Shown piece after piece: positions 11,566 through 24,079 of a stretch of 64,000 bases of DNA. This DNA comes from Gracilinanus agilis (Eukaryota). Positions within the stretch are counted from its first letter, which is position 1; each line of letters starts with the position of its first letter. The position numbers and the translations under genes were made by a program. The stretch covers positions 333,664,778-333,728,777 of the forward strand of contig NC_058133.1 in NCBI RefSeq assembly GCF_016433145.1. Reading direction: 5' to 3'. The notes below the pieces were generated by a model, which did no database searches, was not told where the DNA came from, and saw nothing but the letters and a program-made list of their open reading frames with translations.

Positions 11566-12064
11566 GGTAGCTATCATGAACTTAATCACATGGAGATGGA
11601 GGTTCCATAGAAAGGTCAAAGAGTGGCCTGTAGAAGCAGGGACTGCATGTTTGAACCCTAATTCTAGAGTTAATTCATCACTCTATTTTGCCTCTCCTTT
11701 TCACTGACATGGGAAAACATCTATTTTAATTTCCTGATATAGCAGGAACCATCTTTAAATGATCTACAAGCAACAAGTCACCTGAAGTAAATTAGCATTG
11801 GGAGCACAGTATGTTAAGTGGGCTCCTTTTCAAATGACAAAAGCATTTGAAAGAGCACAATAGGTATAAAAATATTCAGCTTTTACTGAAATATAAACTT
11901 CACATTAGCATTTCTTCTAAGAGGATTTCTGTCTATTTTTTCCCTATGAACCATTTTCTTAACTCCAATTTTAAAATTAAGATAGGTTAGTTAGATGACT
12001 GCACAGAACAACTCAGTTCATGAAGAAGGCAATGATTGCTTTGCGGTACCCAGAGATACTGTAC

Positions 12065-12266
12065 CATAGGTCTGTGCATCATAGGATTCACTGCCTTGCT
12101 TAATATGTTCAAATGCATCAGCTTCCTCCACGTTTGCTTGGGACTTGGATGCTTCTTGCTCTGCTGAGCTGGTGGATTCCACTGTTCTTAGCCGCTTATG
12201 TACATGCTCACTGTGATCTCCCATAGAGCGCTCATTGTCAGCGTGGCCAGGCTTTCTTTTAAAACT
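12065..12266 (-). CDS. MDN1: MDN1 exon 31/38 (SFKRKPGHADNERSMGD...YDAQTY)
   Basis: 202 nt; acceptor tatccacag, donor GTACAG; phase 0 to 1. Confidence 0.95.
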
Positions 12267-12600
12267 CTGTGGATAGATGGAAGATATTTGGGTAACTAGT
12301 TTTGCTAAGAATCTTGGGAATATGATTTATTCTTCTATTTGTCCACCAGATACCCTAATAGATGGAAATTTTAGGGATTGTCTCGGGAAGAAACAATGAT
12401 AATGTGGCATTGTGCTCCATAGTACTCCAAGGGAGAAAGCCCCAGCAACATGGCTCTATGAGGAAAAGCAGATTCAACTTGTTCCACTCTAGTACTTATA
12501 GGGGATAGGGGAAGGAAGAGAAAGAAATAGGCACTGGCAGTCTCGTCTCATCTCTTTTCTATAGTCTACACAGATATTAAGAAGAAAAACAGAAAAAGAC

Positions 12601-12702
12601 CTGTGTGTTTCTCTTGCTCTGCTTCTGGGAAGCCAAGCGGGACATCAGCTTAGACTCATGGCCTTCTGCTTGCCTTGCATCTGCAGTACCACTTCCATGT
12701 TC
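12601..12702 (-). CDS. MDN1: MDN1 exon 30/38 (EHGSGTADARQAEGHESKLMSRLASQKQSKRNTQ)
   Basis: 102 nt; acceptor ggttttcag, weak donor GTCTTT; phase 0 to 0. Confidence 0.93.
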
Positions 12703-13258
12703 CTGAAAACCCAAGAGGGCCAAGGCAAAAAGTCATCAATAACTTATTCTAGTAGACACCAATCAATTTAACATTCATTGACTTTATGCTCTCACCATGC
12801 AGGTCAATGTATAAGAACATTGCCCTCACAAGCTAGGTTATTAAAAATAAAAGTTTAAAATGTCTGTGAAATTGTTTGAACAGCCAAAAACACAGATATA
12901 TCACTATAGGAAACCTGATTTCAATCTCTCATAGAGAGTTTCTTTAAAAACTAACTGCTTCTTCAAAACCATCATCCTAATACTACGTGCTACTTATGAA
13001 ATAAATCTCTTAAATGCATGCTCTTCTATAGATTTCTCTGTGGACAAATATATGTACTCAAACTATTTAAAAAAAAACACACTATTTTTCTCAAGAAACA
13101 TAATCAAAGGTGAACTGTGGAGTATTCAAGGGGGTTGGGGGTGGCAGAGAATCACACCTCCCCCTAATCATTATTAAGACTTCTTCCAATGGCAGGAGGG
13201 GGAATAATTACTCACTAAAAAAGAGCAGGCTTGAACTATAATTCTGAAACTGAATCAC

Positions 13259-13417
13259 CTCTTTAGCTTGGTCTTTCTCAGATGCAGTACCAGCTTGCTC
13301 AAGGGCAATTTCACTCTGTAGGCTTTCCTCTCCTGTCTGCCCAGTTGATTCATGTTCCCTCCTCTCTGTGCCTTCGGGTACCTCTTCATCTCCTTCTGGA
13401 ATCTCCCTTTCTTCTTC
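13259..13417 (-). CDS. MDN1: MDN1 exon 29/38 (EEEREIPEGDEEVPEG...EKDQAKE)
   Basis: 159 nt; acceptor ttcatcccag, donor GTGATT; phase 0 to 0. Confidence 0.93.
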
Positions 13418-13985
13418 CTGGGATGAAAGAGGAGAATAATAATAATAATAATAATAACAATACTTAGCACTGTGGGAGGAGACAATATAAGGGATCACAA
13501 AAACTATGGCTTGAGCTAGGTATATCAAAAAGATGACTGGCAATAGGAAGATCTTCCTCGAGTCCTTGGTTGGAAAGCACCTAAACAGATTATAAATTTA
13601 GACTGAAAGTCACCTCAGAGATTATTTAATCTAACCCCATCATTTTACATGGTAGAAACATGTCATGTCATTTATAGTACTACCACATTATTTTATAATG
13701 AAGAATCCAAGGCCCAGAAAGGTCAGTCAAGTAATTTGCTCAACTTCATACTAAACAAGGTCATGATATTAGCCAGGGTCCTTTGACTCCAAATTCTCTT
13801 TGCACTGTTCCATGCTGCCTGACTAGCAGAAATGAATTATTAAAGTGAACTAGCAAATATGTCACAAGTATGTGAGTGAGGTTGTTTCCTAACTCTGCTA
13901 TCCAAACAGATATTTCAACAAAAAGAAAATGATTCTTGTTTTCTATGTTTTTGAGGGAGAACAATTAATCATTATCATACTGCAC

Positions 13986-14299
13986 CTGAGGCTGGAGACC
14001 TTGGTGAGTGGGAACTCGATTCTCCTCACTGGCTTCCTTGCTGGTATCTTTGTTCTCTTCCTCTTCCTCAGCTGCATTTTCCTCAGAGTTTTCAACACTA
14101 TCTTTCTCTTGGTCATCAGTTCCTGCTTCAGCCTGTTTTTCCTCCTCCATCTTATCTTCAGATGTGCCTTCTTCAGGCAGACCTTCATCCTGATCTTCCT
14201 TGCTTTGGTCAGGAATAGCTTCTTGATCTTTTCCCTCAGTTCCACAACCAGCTTCTTCTGGGTCCACTGGCTTCTCATCTATTTCAAGAGGATTGGCTT
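13986..14299 (-). CDS. MDN1: MDN1 exon 28/38 (ANPLEIDEKPVDPEE...THQGLQPQ)
   Basis: 314 nt; acceptor ctctcctcag, donor GTGCAG; phase 1 to 0. Confidence 0.93.
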
Positions 14300-15522
14300 C
14301 TGAGGAGAGAATAAAAATAGTAAATGTAACACTGAATTTCAGAAATCTGCAATGAAGAGGCTATTATGCAACAAAAAAGAAATTAAACTAGCTTAAATGT
14401 TTTTGGTATTAACTTCGGAAATATAAGAACTCTAAGATTCTCATCAGATCTAGAACTTAAATCATGATTTCAAATGGAACTATAGCCTTATTTATTTGAA
14501 ATGTTTGGTGACAACCCTACATCTAATCTTTGTTATAGCAGCTCCAATAGAATACTACTTTCTCATTCATCATGGGAAACACTAGCTTGGGCAAATTCAT
14601 CTGACAAGAGTTAAATGTCAGCACAAAATATTCCATACCTAAAGGAAATCACTGAAGATCATGTGTATCATGTGTATTCAGAAATTTGAAATTTACATGT
14701 TAAATAGTCTTACTAAACTTCATGTTACTCTGTAAATTAGTAGGGCCATGCCTACTACTGAAACAAAAGCAGAGAAGCCAAAGATGCATGGTGAAGTGGA
14801 AAGAGCAGAGAAATGTGGAAGACCAGGGCTCAAGTCCCTAGCTTTTTGCCCCAAATGAACTACATATGTCTGGGATTTAGTTTTTTCCTTTTTAAAATGA
14901 AAGTGTTGGAGATGATGTGCAAGGTCCCTATCTACAATAATAGTCTCTAATTAAGTATGAGAATCTATAGCCTAAATGGCTGCTGCTATATTTTAATAAT
15001 ATACACTGGGTATATAGAAGGAACAAGTGTTCATTCTAGGCTATCACACTATGGGCCTATGTACATTAATGTAAGTAGAAAGAAAGAAAAAAGTAGATGG
15101 AAAAGGAACATGAGACAAAATTAAAAAGAGATACAAAGTGGCTAGACAGAAGAGTAATACAAGAGTATGAAATAATAATATTAAGGAGATACTTGCTGTT
15201 TAATTAGCTTTTACTCATATCTAGACTATATATTTATTTAGACTACTTTTTACATAGGAATAAACTGCTATGTACTCTTAACTGGGGGGAGGGGAGGGTC
15301 GAAATGAACACGCAACCACTTTAAACCGATCTGATCACGTGATTTTTGGCCTAATCTCCATTCCAGTTTCTATGCTTTATGTTTTCTTTTTTTCAATTTA
15401 TAAGGTGCTTTGTTGTTGTTGTTGTTGTTTTGTTTTTTGGGGGTTTTTTTTAGAAAGCAAAACCTATTTCTTAACCATTTTTAGCATGTTCTAGCCACTA
15501 AAATAGTATCCTCCATTGGTAC

Positions 15523-15664
15523 CTCCTTCTTCATCTTTATCTTCTTCATCACTCTTTTCTGCACCATCAAGGTTCAGGTCATCAGGAAGGTCCAGGGGCT
15601 CTGCTTCAGGCTGTTTTTCTTGGTTGCCATAATAAGGATCCACTTCATTTTCATCATATTCCCT
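15523..15664 (-). CDS. MDN1: MDN1 exon 27/38 (REYDENEVDPYYGNQ...LDLPDDLNLD...DEEG)
   Basis: 142 nt; acceptor gcctaccag, donor GTACCA; phase 0 to 1. Confidence 0.94.
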
Positions 15665-16312
15665 CTGGTAGGCAGAGGAGAGCAGAATAAAGAGAACACT
15701 ATAACAAGAAATATCTTTACGTGTTTTACTATATTGGCATGTAAACTACCCAAGAGAAAGAACTATTTCCTTTGTCTTGCCATACACTTAGGAGAGTACC
15801 TGGGACATAGAAGGCATTTAATGAATGTTACTGAACTAAATGAACAATGTGCTTTCATACGTGATTCACCCATGGAGTTCAGATATTTTCTTAAAAGAGA
15901 CTGCTGTATGATGTTCCTAGGTATCAGTCAGTCTACCCAAACAAGCAAGATTTTAATAGTCATTCTGTCATTTCAAAACACTTTCTGTATAGGTTTTTCA
16001 GTAACCAATCACAAAGAAATTTTAGTTTTTAACAACAAAGCATTAACATGGCTTTCAAGTTTCATGAATATTCTACCTCTTTGTAAGCAGTTAAATGTAC
16101 TATTAAGTACTTGTTTTGCACATCCTCATTCTTTTACAATGAAAAAATAAAAAGCAAGAATTATAAAAAATAAATGGGGAAAACTATGCAAATAAAGGTT
16201 CAAAACTGTTCAGATACTTTTGATAGATGTAATCAAAAGTATTTTCAGTGATAAAGTGAAGCTCATATGTGAACTTCTCTTCAGGGAAGTGCAAGGCCAC
16301 TAAAGAGACTCT

Positions 16313-16894
16313 TGTTATAAAAAATAAAATATTTATTGAAATATATAAGGATAAAAAGGATTTCTAACTCTAAGTGATTTTAACTCTACCCAAATAAAAC
16401 TCCCTAGTTCCACAAGGAACCACTTCTGTTTTCACAGGCTATACTACTTCTTCCTGATCTGACTAACCCAAATTTTTACTATTCCAAATAAACTAATAAT
16501 ATTATCCTTATAGTTCTTAAGTTCACAACCAAGTTATAAAAATAACAAAGACTAGCTGGTTGAGTCTCAACAAGAACAAAGTTGGGACTCTTAAAAGACT
16601 CTGAGTCCAAACCAAAGACCAGAGTTTTCTTTGGTCTTCTCAGAGTTAAATCAATCTATAAAAACAGCAATAGATAGTCAATAGTGTTTCTCAAGTTGGA
16701 AAAAGAAAACACTAAGCTCCTTCAGGTCTTTCCCTCAGACAGTGAGAGAAAGGCCAAGATGTTACCTCCTCCAGCCCTGAAAGAGTAAGTCCCTATGTGT
16801 GACTCTGCCAACTGCCAGAGATCAATCGCCACTCAAAGAGAGAGCAACTGTCACAGAATAAAACCATTAGACTTGAAACTGACACTATGTCTCA
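16313..16894 (-). mobile_element. Possible solo LTR
   Basis: TG...CA ends with imperfect 5-bp flanks actct/gctct; minus-strand AATAAA near the left end. Weak. Confidence 0.3.
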
Positions 16895-17459
16895 GCTCTG
16901 TTTGAAACTTAATTCTTTCTCAAGCCAGGTTCTCTACTTATCTCTAAACTAATAAAACAGTACCTATTTTCTAATATCATCCTTCTAACACGTTAAAACT
17001 GGAATGATGATAAATGGAGGGAAAAGGGTTAGAATAAGCAACTGAGGAGCTTTTCCTGGAGATCCTTCTGGATTAATTGAAGATTTGCACATTAATTAAA
17101 TGTCTTTTTTCTAAGATTCAAGCTAACTGGCCAAAATTACCAGTGAAACTTACATTATTAGGAAGAACATTAAGTGCCAGAAGACACAGATTTGCTCAAA
17201 ATTAAATTTTTTTAAAAAATGGAAGAAATAACCTCCTTAACTCCGGTTCCATTCTATACTGCTCAGCAATGATATCTTAAGAGCTGCGCTTTGCTTATTA
17301 TGATGTCTACACACACTAAGGATAATGAATACAATTTAGAACACAGAAAAACATGTTTTCTATTTTAGTCTTAAGAGTCAGGAGGAAGTTTTCATCAGGT
17401 TGTATGTATCTGCAAGTAATCACCACTATATCTAGGAATTATTTTGAAATTCTTATCAC

Positions 17460-17612
17460 CTCATCTATTTGCTCATGAATTTTCTCTTTGCCTTGTCCAT
17501 CATCATCTGCCTTTCCCTCTCCTTCTTCTTCCCGTTTGTTTCGCTGTTTTTGATCTTTGTTCTGATTGCTTGCATCCATGTTGTCATCCTTTGCAACAAG
17601 TTCAGAGTCCTC
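17460..17612 (-). CDS. MDN1: MDN1 exon 26/38 (EDSELVAKDDNMD...KIHEQIDE)
   Basis: 153 nt; poly-T tract then ctgttaag acceptor, donor GTGATA; phase 0 to 0. Confidence 0.94.
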
Positions 17613-18357
17613 CTTAACAGACAAAAAAAAAAAAGGGGGGGGGGGGGTGGTGAGTGGGAAGAGTGTAATGGGGAGTACAGATACAAAATCCTCATGCCCA
17701 ACCTTAGAAACTGCTTACACAACAATTTTATTTTTAGACTTGGCAATTTTCTTCCTAATCCTACAATGTAGAAAAATGTATAGCCCAAAGGGCACCATGG
17801 AATGGCTAGAAGAATAACATTTAAGGTAGATCCATACATCAGTACTTTGGGGTAATTGTATAGAAACTATGCAAAGTGCCATGCTTAGGCAATAAATTTG
17901 AAACTATTATGCTATATCACCACATGGACCAAAGGGTTCTGAGAGCTTTCCAGCTCCATGATTTTATACATCTGGAATAACTAAGACAATTGGATGAATT
18001 CTGTGCCCACTGACAGACTCCACCATTCAACCATTTTTGCCAAAAGAAGCCTTTTATTCTTCCATTTTCCTTATCTGAATTCTAATCCAGTTTTACCCAT
18101 AAAGCAATCTCACTAATGTTGACTATAACCAATGAAACTAATAAATCTTGGAGGCAAGTAGCAAAGAAGGAAAAGGAAAGAAAATAGAAGGAATAAAAAT
18201 GAAAAAAGCATTAAAAAAAGAAAAGGAAAAGGCTCATAAGGCTTATAAGCAGAAAATGGTATGTTATAAAAACTATCTCTTATGCGGTCTAAATAGTTGA
18301 CTAAGCTATGACCCTGATACTTTACTGTTTTTCCTCCTCCTTTAAAAGAAAAAATAC

Positions 18358-18533
18358 CTCATCCATTCCTGGTCCAGTTTCTTCTGCCTTACTATCATCT
18401 TCATCTTCTTCTTCCTCCTCCTCATCATCCCCCCAGAGTCTTTCATCTAGTTTCTCAGCTTGCTCTCCATTGAGATCTCCCATCTGTTTATCCAATTCTT
18501 CATTTTCATTATTGGATTTCTCATCATCCTCTT
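18358..18533 (-). CDS. MDN1: MDN1 exon 25/38 (EDDEKSNNE...LDERLWGDDEEE...GPGMDE)
   Basis: 176 nt; acceptor ccttttcag, donor GTATTT; phase 1 to 0. Confidence 0.95.
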
Positions 18534-19393
18534 CTGAAAAGGGAGAGACATTCATTCAGCTCAATGAGATATGACCCAACACAGAAGAAAACACAAAGTC
18601 AGATCTTGGTTCACATAAAAGCCAAAAGTCCTCCACAGTAAACAAACAGGGACTCAGAGGTGGTCTCTACTTGACAGCCAAACAACTGGCTCTATTTACA
18701 AAGGCCTTTGACTAGTCCATGAGCATGGCATAGAGATCAGTGAAAGGAATGGGAAAAACTGGGTTCTAACTCTGTCTGTGACTAGCTGAGTAACTTTGTA
18801 GAGAAGGCCTTTCATCTCTCTGAGCCTCAATTCCCTTATGTTTAAGAAGCAGCATTTGTACTAGATGAGAATCTAAGTCTCCTTTTAGCAGAAATTTTAT
18901 AAGGCTATTATAATCTAAATAGTAACTCATTTCTGTAAGTTTCTCTCCCTCATACTCTGCCCCAAGCTACCATTTTCTTCTTACTCAATACGTAATCCCA
19001 ATGTAATCTGTATCACAATACACTGTGCTTTGCTATTGATAGTCCCCTGGCTGATCTCTCAAAGCTTTGGGCAAATACAACCACAGCTGAGGATCTTTGA
19101 AATTAAAGAAGCCACTCTGTAAGGAGATTCATGAAGTCACTGGAGAGAGGAAACATCTTTGAAATCAACTGGAAATGTTTGCCTTTATCAAGAAAGAGAT
19201 ACACATACTTGTACTAAACGCTCTTGAACCAAATGTAATTCGAATGACTTATACATGTATACGAACCAACTTGTAGATTAGAATAATGTCTTAATAAAAG
19301 CATGGGGTTTCTTGGAAGGTACATTAGCTTTTTTTCCCTCAAAATAAGAATGAAGTGTTGTACAGTCCACATTGTTATTGAAAAGTGCCAAAC

Positions 19394-19535
19394 CTTGTTT
19401 TTCAAGTTCTCCATCATGCATTTTCCCATCAAAGTCCTCTGACATTTCAATGGCATTATCTTCTCCTTTAATATCAGGTTTTGAGTCTGGGTCCTCTTTC
19501 TCTTTTTCTTGACCCTTTTGATGACTGTCCTCTAC
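19394..19535 (-). CDS. MDN1: MDN1 exon 24/38 (VEDSHQKGQEK...NAIEMSEDFDGKMHDGELEKQ)
   Basis: 142 nt; acceptor caaaatag, donor GTTTGG; phase 0 to 1. Confidence 0.95.
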
Positions 19536-19700
19536 CTATTTTGAATAATGTTGCCAAAGATATTTATGAATAGCTAAACATCATTTAATTGTTTAGTTTT
19601 GATTCACTATTTGAAATTTAGAACCCAAATTCAATCATACAAAATATTTTTGCCTACCTAGAGAAAAAAATTGGCCCTACAATTATAAACATAATTAGAA

Positions 19701-19899
19701 CAATGGCTAGCAAACTACTGCTTAAGGGATGAATCAGACTGTTGACTATTTTTTAGACCCATGAACTAACAATGGTTTTTACATGTTTTATTTAATACGA
19801 TAAAATTTTATTTAAAAAAGGAAAAATCCTTTCTTAGCTCAGGTCTTATTAAAACAGGAAAAGGATATATTTTGACCTGCAAGTCAGTGCCAACCACTG
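19701..19899. mobile_element. Old hAT-Charlie (MER58-like) MITE
   Basis: Degenerate TIRs caatggctagcaaact / gtgccaaccactg; TSD only 5/8 identical. Confidence 0.55.
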
Positions 19900-20747
19900 G
19901 AATAGAGTATTATTTTTTTTCCTTTTCTTTTTTTCGGGAAGAGGTGTGTGGGAACAGACTTGTGATTTCAACACTTTAGGAAACCTCTGATGTGGAAACT
20001 CCCTCCATTATGACATACCCAACAATTTACGTATAGCTTCCATCCTAAGAAAACTGCTTGAGGCACTCAGAGGCTAAGTGGCTTGCCTATAATCAAATAG
20101 CTACTAAGTAATAGAAGTAAGATTCAAACCCAGGTCTACCTGATTTTAAGCCTGGCGTTCAATCCATTAAACCACACTATTTCTCATTGTCTAGACATAG
20201 ATTGTAAAGAAAGTAATTTCAGTGCCTCTGCATAGCTATGTCACTCTTGGTAAACACTTACATGTGGTTTAGGTACTACTAAATATCCAACAATTCAGAT
20301 ACTTGCTGGAGTTAAGATAAAGAGTTTAAACCAACTTTAAGAATATGAAAACTTTCTGCCACATTGATTCCAAGAAGGAAAATTCCAGATTTTTTAAAAA
20401 AGTTTTTAGCAAAGAGCTTTTAGTTATAGAAGACTACACACCAACAGCTGTTCCCTGTTGGATATAGAATAAAACATAAAAAGTTATAATACAATTTCCT
20501 TTAGATTGGCCAAGTTTTAAGAACCAAGACCAAGAAAAAAATGCTCCTTAAAGAATCTCCAAAACCATTGAAATTCCCAATAAAAAAGTAAGCTCCAACA
20601 CTGAAAAGTTCATTTTTTTTCTTCAAACAGATAGTAAAGTAATTCATGGCTAAGTAATGAGATTCCCTGTGAGACTAGCAAAAACATTTTTTTTTCCTAT
20701 TTCTATAGAAAGAAACACACAGAGAAGAATGTGGGCTCACCACATAC

Positions 20748-20885
20748 CTGTTCTTCATTTTCTATTTGGTCACTCACATCCTTCAAGCCTTCACCCTCTC
20801 CGATCCCACCACCTTCATAATCATGGAACTCTGATGCTCCCTCTCCTGCAGACTCTTCCATCAATTCTTTGGGGAGGCAAAATCC
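20748..20885 (-). CDS. MDN1: MDN1 exon 23/38 (GFCLPKELMEESAGEGASEFHDYEGGGIGEGEGLKDVSDQIENEEQ)
   Basis: 138 nt; acceptor tttttgaaag, donor GTATGT; contains the conserved GFCxP...GxGxGEG motif at the start of the D/E region. Confidence 0.96.
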
Positions 20886-23800
20886 CTTTCAAAAAAACAG
20901 AGAGAGCAGTAAAGAGATTGAGTCATGATCATTTCTTTACAGTAAAGAACCCGGGGGGAAAAGTTGTTTATTTTCTCATTGTCACTGCCTGCCTCCAAAT
21001 TTATATTTTATAGCCATTTCAGAACTTCTATGCAACTGCTAAATGATAATCAGTTTAAAAAACTAACAATGAGTATCTGTGTTAAGTCTTCATTGAATGA
21101 AACTGCTATCCATTAAAGATGTATGTGGTTAGTGAAATTAATTTCCATAAAGATATAAGTCAACACAACTTTTAACTCACTGAAGTAGTTGACAGTCTCT
21201 CAAATAGTATCTGCTATTTTCATAACTCTTAGTTTCATTTCACAGCCTTCAAATTGTTAAATATTAATCAACAATCAAAAACTACTGAAAGACATACTAA
21301 TAAAATCTTTGAGGAGCTGTGAGTAGATCTAACCATTCTGGAAAACTATTTCAATTATGCCTTAAAAATCCATAAAACTTTTTATACCCACTGACCTACT
21401 AAGCTCATATCTAAGTATATACCTTAAAGGAAGGCAAAGACAGAAACAAGAAGGCCCTACATGTACCCAAATACTCAGAGTAGTTTTTGTAGTAGCAAAA
21501 AAAATAGACACAAAGTAGGTGTCCATTAACTGGGGGATGGTTGAATGAATTGTGAAATACAACTACAATGAAATTTTATTGTCATAACAATAAATATGAA
21601 AAATTCAGAGAAAGCTGAAACCTATGTATAATTCATACAGAACAAAGGAAACAGAACCAAGAAAGCCTTCCTTTCTAACTAGCCAAACAAAACACATCAC
21701 TACACTGGCCATGTCTGAAAATATGTCTCATACTACACTACTAGTGTAATACCCCTCTGCCAAGAAGTAAGTTGCATGCTTTGACATCCATCTTTTGAAG
21801 CACAGTCTACGGATCAAAAGTTCTATAGTCTTTCATAGTTGTTTTCTTTTATACTATATTAGTCATTACATAAATTATTCCCATGATTCTGCTAATTTCA
21901 TTCTGCAACAGTTCATAAAAATCTTCCCAAGTTTCTCTAAATTCTTTATTATTATTTCTTACAGGACATTAATCACAAAATTACAGGTTTTGAGAATTAG
22001 ATGGGACCTCAACAACCATTCAGTCCAATCCAGAGACAAAAGATTTCCCACCATTACTTCTCATGGTTCTAATTTTTACAGAGTTGTCCCTGACATCAAG
22101 TCTAAATTGGCTTTGTTGAAATTTTCTCCTATTGTTCCTGGGTCTGCCCTCTGGAGCCAAACAGAACAATTCTGATCATTCCTCCACATGACAAGTCTTC
22201 AAATATTTGAACACTGTTATCATGATCTTTTCTCCATGATCAGTTTCTCCAACCAATCCTCATGTTTACTCAAGGCTCTTTATCATCTGTTTGCCCTTCT
22301 CTGTATCTTAAACTGTGATGACCATTACTGAATACAATACCCCAGAAATATGACAAAAGCAAAGTACAGTATGATTATTACTTCCCTATTCTCGGGATCT
22401 ATGCTCTCACTAATGCATTATACTCACATAGCATCATTTGTTCAATCAAGGGCAACCCATTTCACTTTCAGTTCTTTGTTAGAACAAAATTGCCAATCTT
22501 AGTACTTTTGTACATCAAGTCTTTTCTCTACTTTCAAATACTTGTGGATATATACTTAATAGTGTGTCAGCAGGCTATAGAGTATATGCAATTTAATGAC
22601 TGGGGTCAGGGAAGGTGTGGAATGGATGGTAGAGCATGGTTTCAATTTGTATTTGAGAATATTTGAACAAGCTCACAGCACTACAAACAGGTGCTATTTT
22701 CCCACTATTCTCCAACAAATGCCATTTTCATCTTTTGAAATCCTTGACAATTTAGAAGGTAAAAGGTTGAATATTGATATTACTTTAATTTGTATTCCCC
22801 TTATTATTGACTTGATCATACTATCACATGGCTGTTGTTAGCTTACACTTCTCTATGTGAAACAACTGCCTGTTCATATTCTTTGACCACTTATCTATTG
22901 CATGTGTTCTGATATAGGGGCAATGACAAGACACTGGAGGCTTGTTCTAACTTCCTCTATCATCTCAGAACAAAACCCTAAAATACAAGCTGTCCCAAAG
23001 ATAAACATCACTGTTCTTTCTTGCATCGGATTCCCTTCACACTGGACAAGCAATAGATCTTCCTAAAGAACAATAAATCTTGCTTTCAAACCTGAAAGAT
23101 ATTTCTACCATAATGTATAAGGAAAAGCATGTCACTACTATGATACTCATTTGACTCTAGTGGCTATCTCTAGAATCAAATATAATTCCATGTTAGCTTT
23201 TAAAGTGCTACACAACCTAGTCCCACCTTATCTTTCAGCCTCACTGCACATTATTCAGCCTCTCACTCTCATCTCTATCTCCATGCCTTTGAACTTTTTC
23301 CCTACCCCTGGAATATAATTCTTTCTCACTTCTACTTTAAAAAAATCCTTTTCTTACTTTAAGATTCAGTTTAAGCACCATCTTTTAGTTGTAATTTTTC
23401 CTGATTTCCTCTGCTGTTAACACTCTCCCTTTAAAACTGCCTTGTACTTAAATACTTTGTATTAATTTTCTATATATTTATGTGGGTCCTTTTTTCCTGT
23501 TAGAATATAAGTTCCTTGTGAATAGGAAGTATTTTATTTATTGTATTTTTATCCCCAACATCTAGCATATTTCCTAGCAAATAATAGACACTTAATAAAT
23601 ACCTTTTGATTGATAGATTGACAGGCAAGAGGAACCTATAACAAGATTCATCCTTCTCAGTACTGTCTATGTTGCCTCAATAACTCACAAGAAAAAAAAT
23701 GTATCATCCAGATGAAGGACAAATATCTGATACAGGCACAGACCCAATACTTTTTAATTATACCCATTCTTAATTTAAGAAACATTGCCCTCCTAAAGAA

Positions 23801-24079
23801 AGAACAGATCTATACTGATTATACATACTAAGTCTTACTCATGTTCTCATTGGCACATATGTAATTATAATTAGGAAAAATCTTATGATATGGAGTCTTA
23901 ATAAGCAACATACTCTAATGAAAGATTCTTCTTTGATAAATAAAAGGCCTTATCATATCAATAAGGACTCGTTTTGGCCACAATTACATTGAGTTGACTT
24001 AACAGACTTTTTGCTTCAGATAATAGTAACTACTCTATAGATTTTTTCCAAAGCTAGAGACTAAAGTTCAATAGAATAT

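Noticed and set aside
13929-14303. Plus-strand hydrophobic ORFs (also 17465-17839, 18308-18574, 20657-21013) that look like membrane proteins
   Set aside because: They are the antisense shadows of Glu/Asp/Lys-rich MDN1 exons.
14443-14569. Minus-strand ATGATGA ... CTGA pair suggesting an intronic C/D snoRNA
   Set aside because: There is no terminal stem and no recognisable rRNA/snRNA guide; the motifs are expected by chance in AT-rich DNA.
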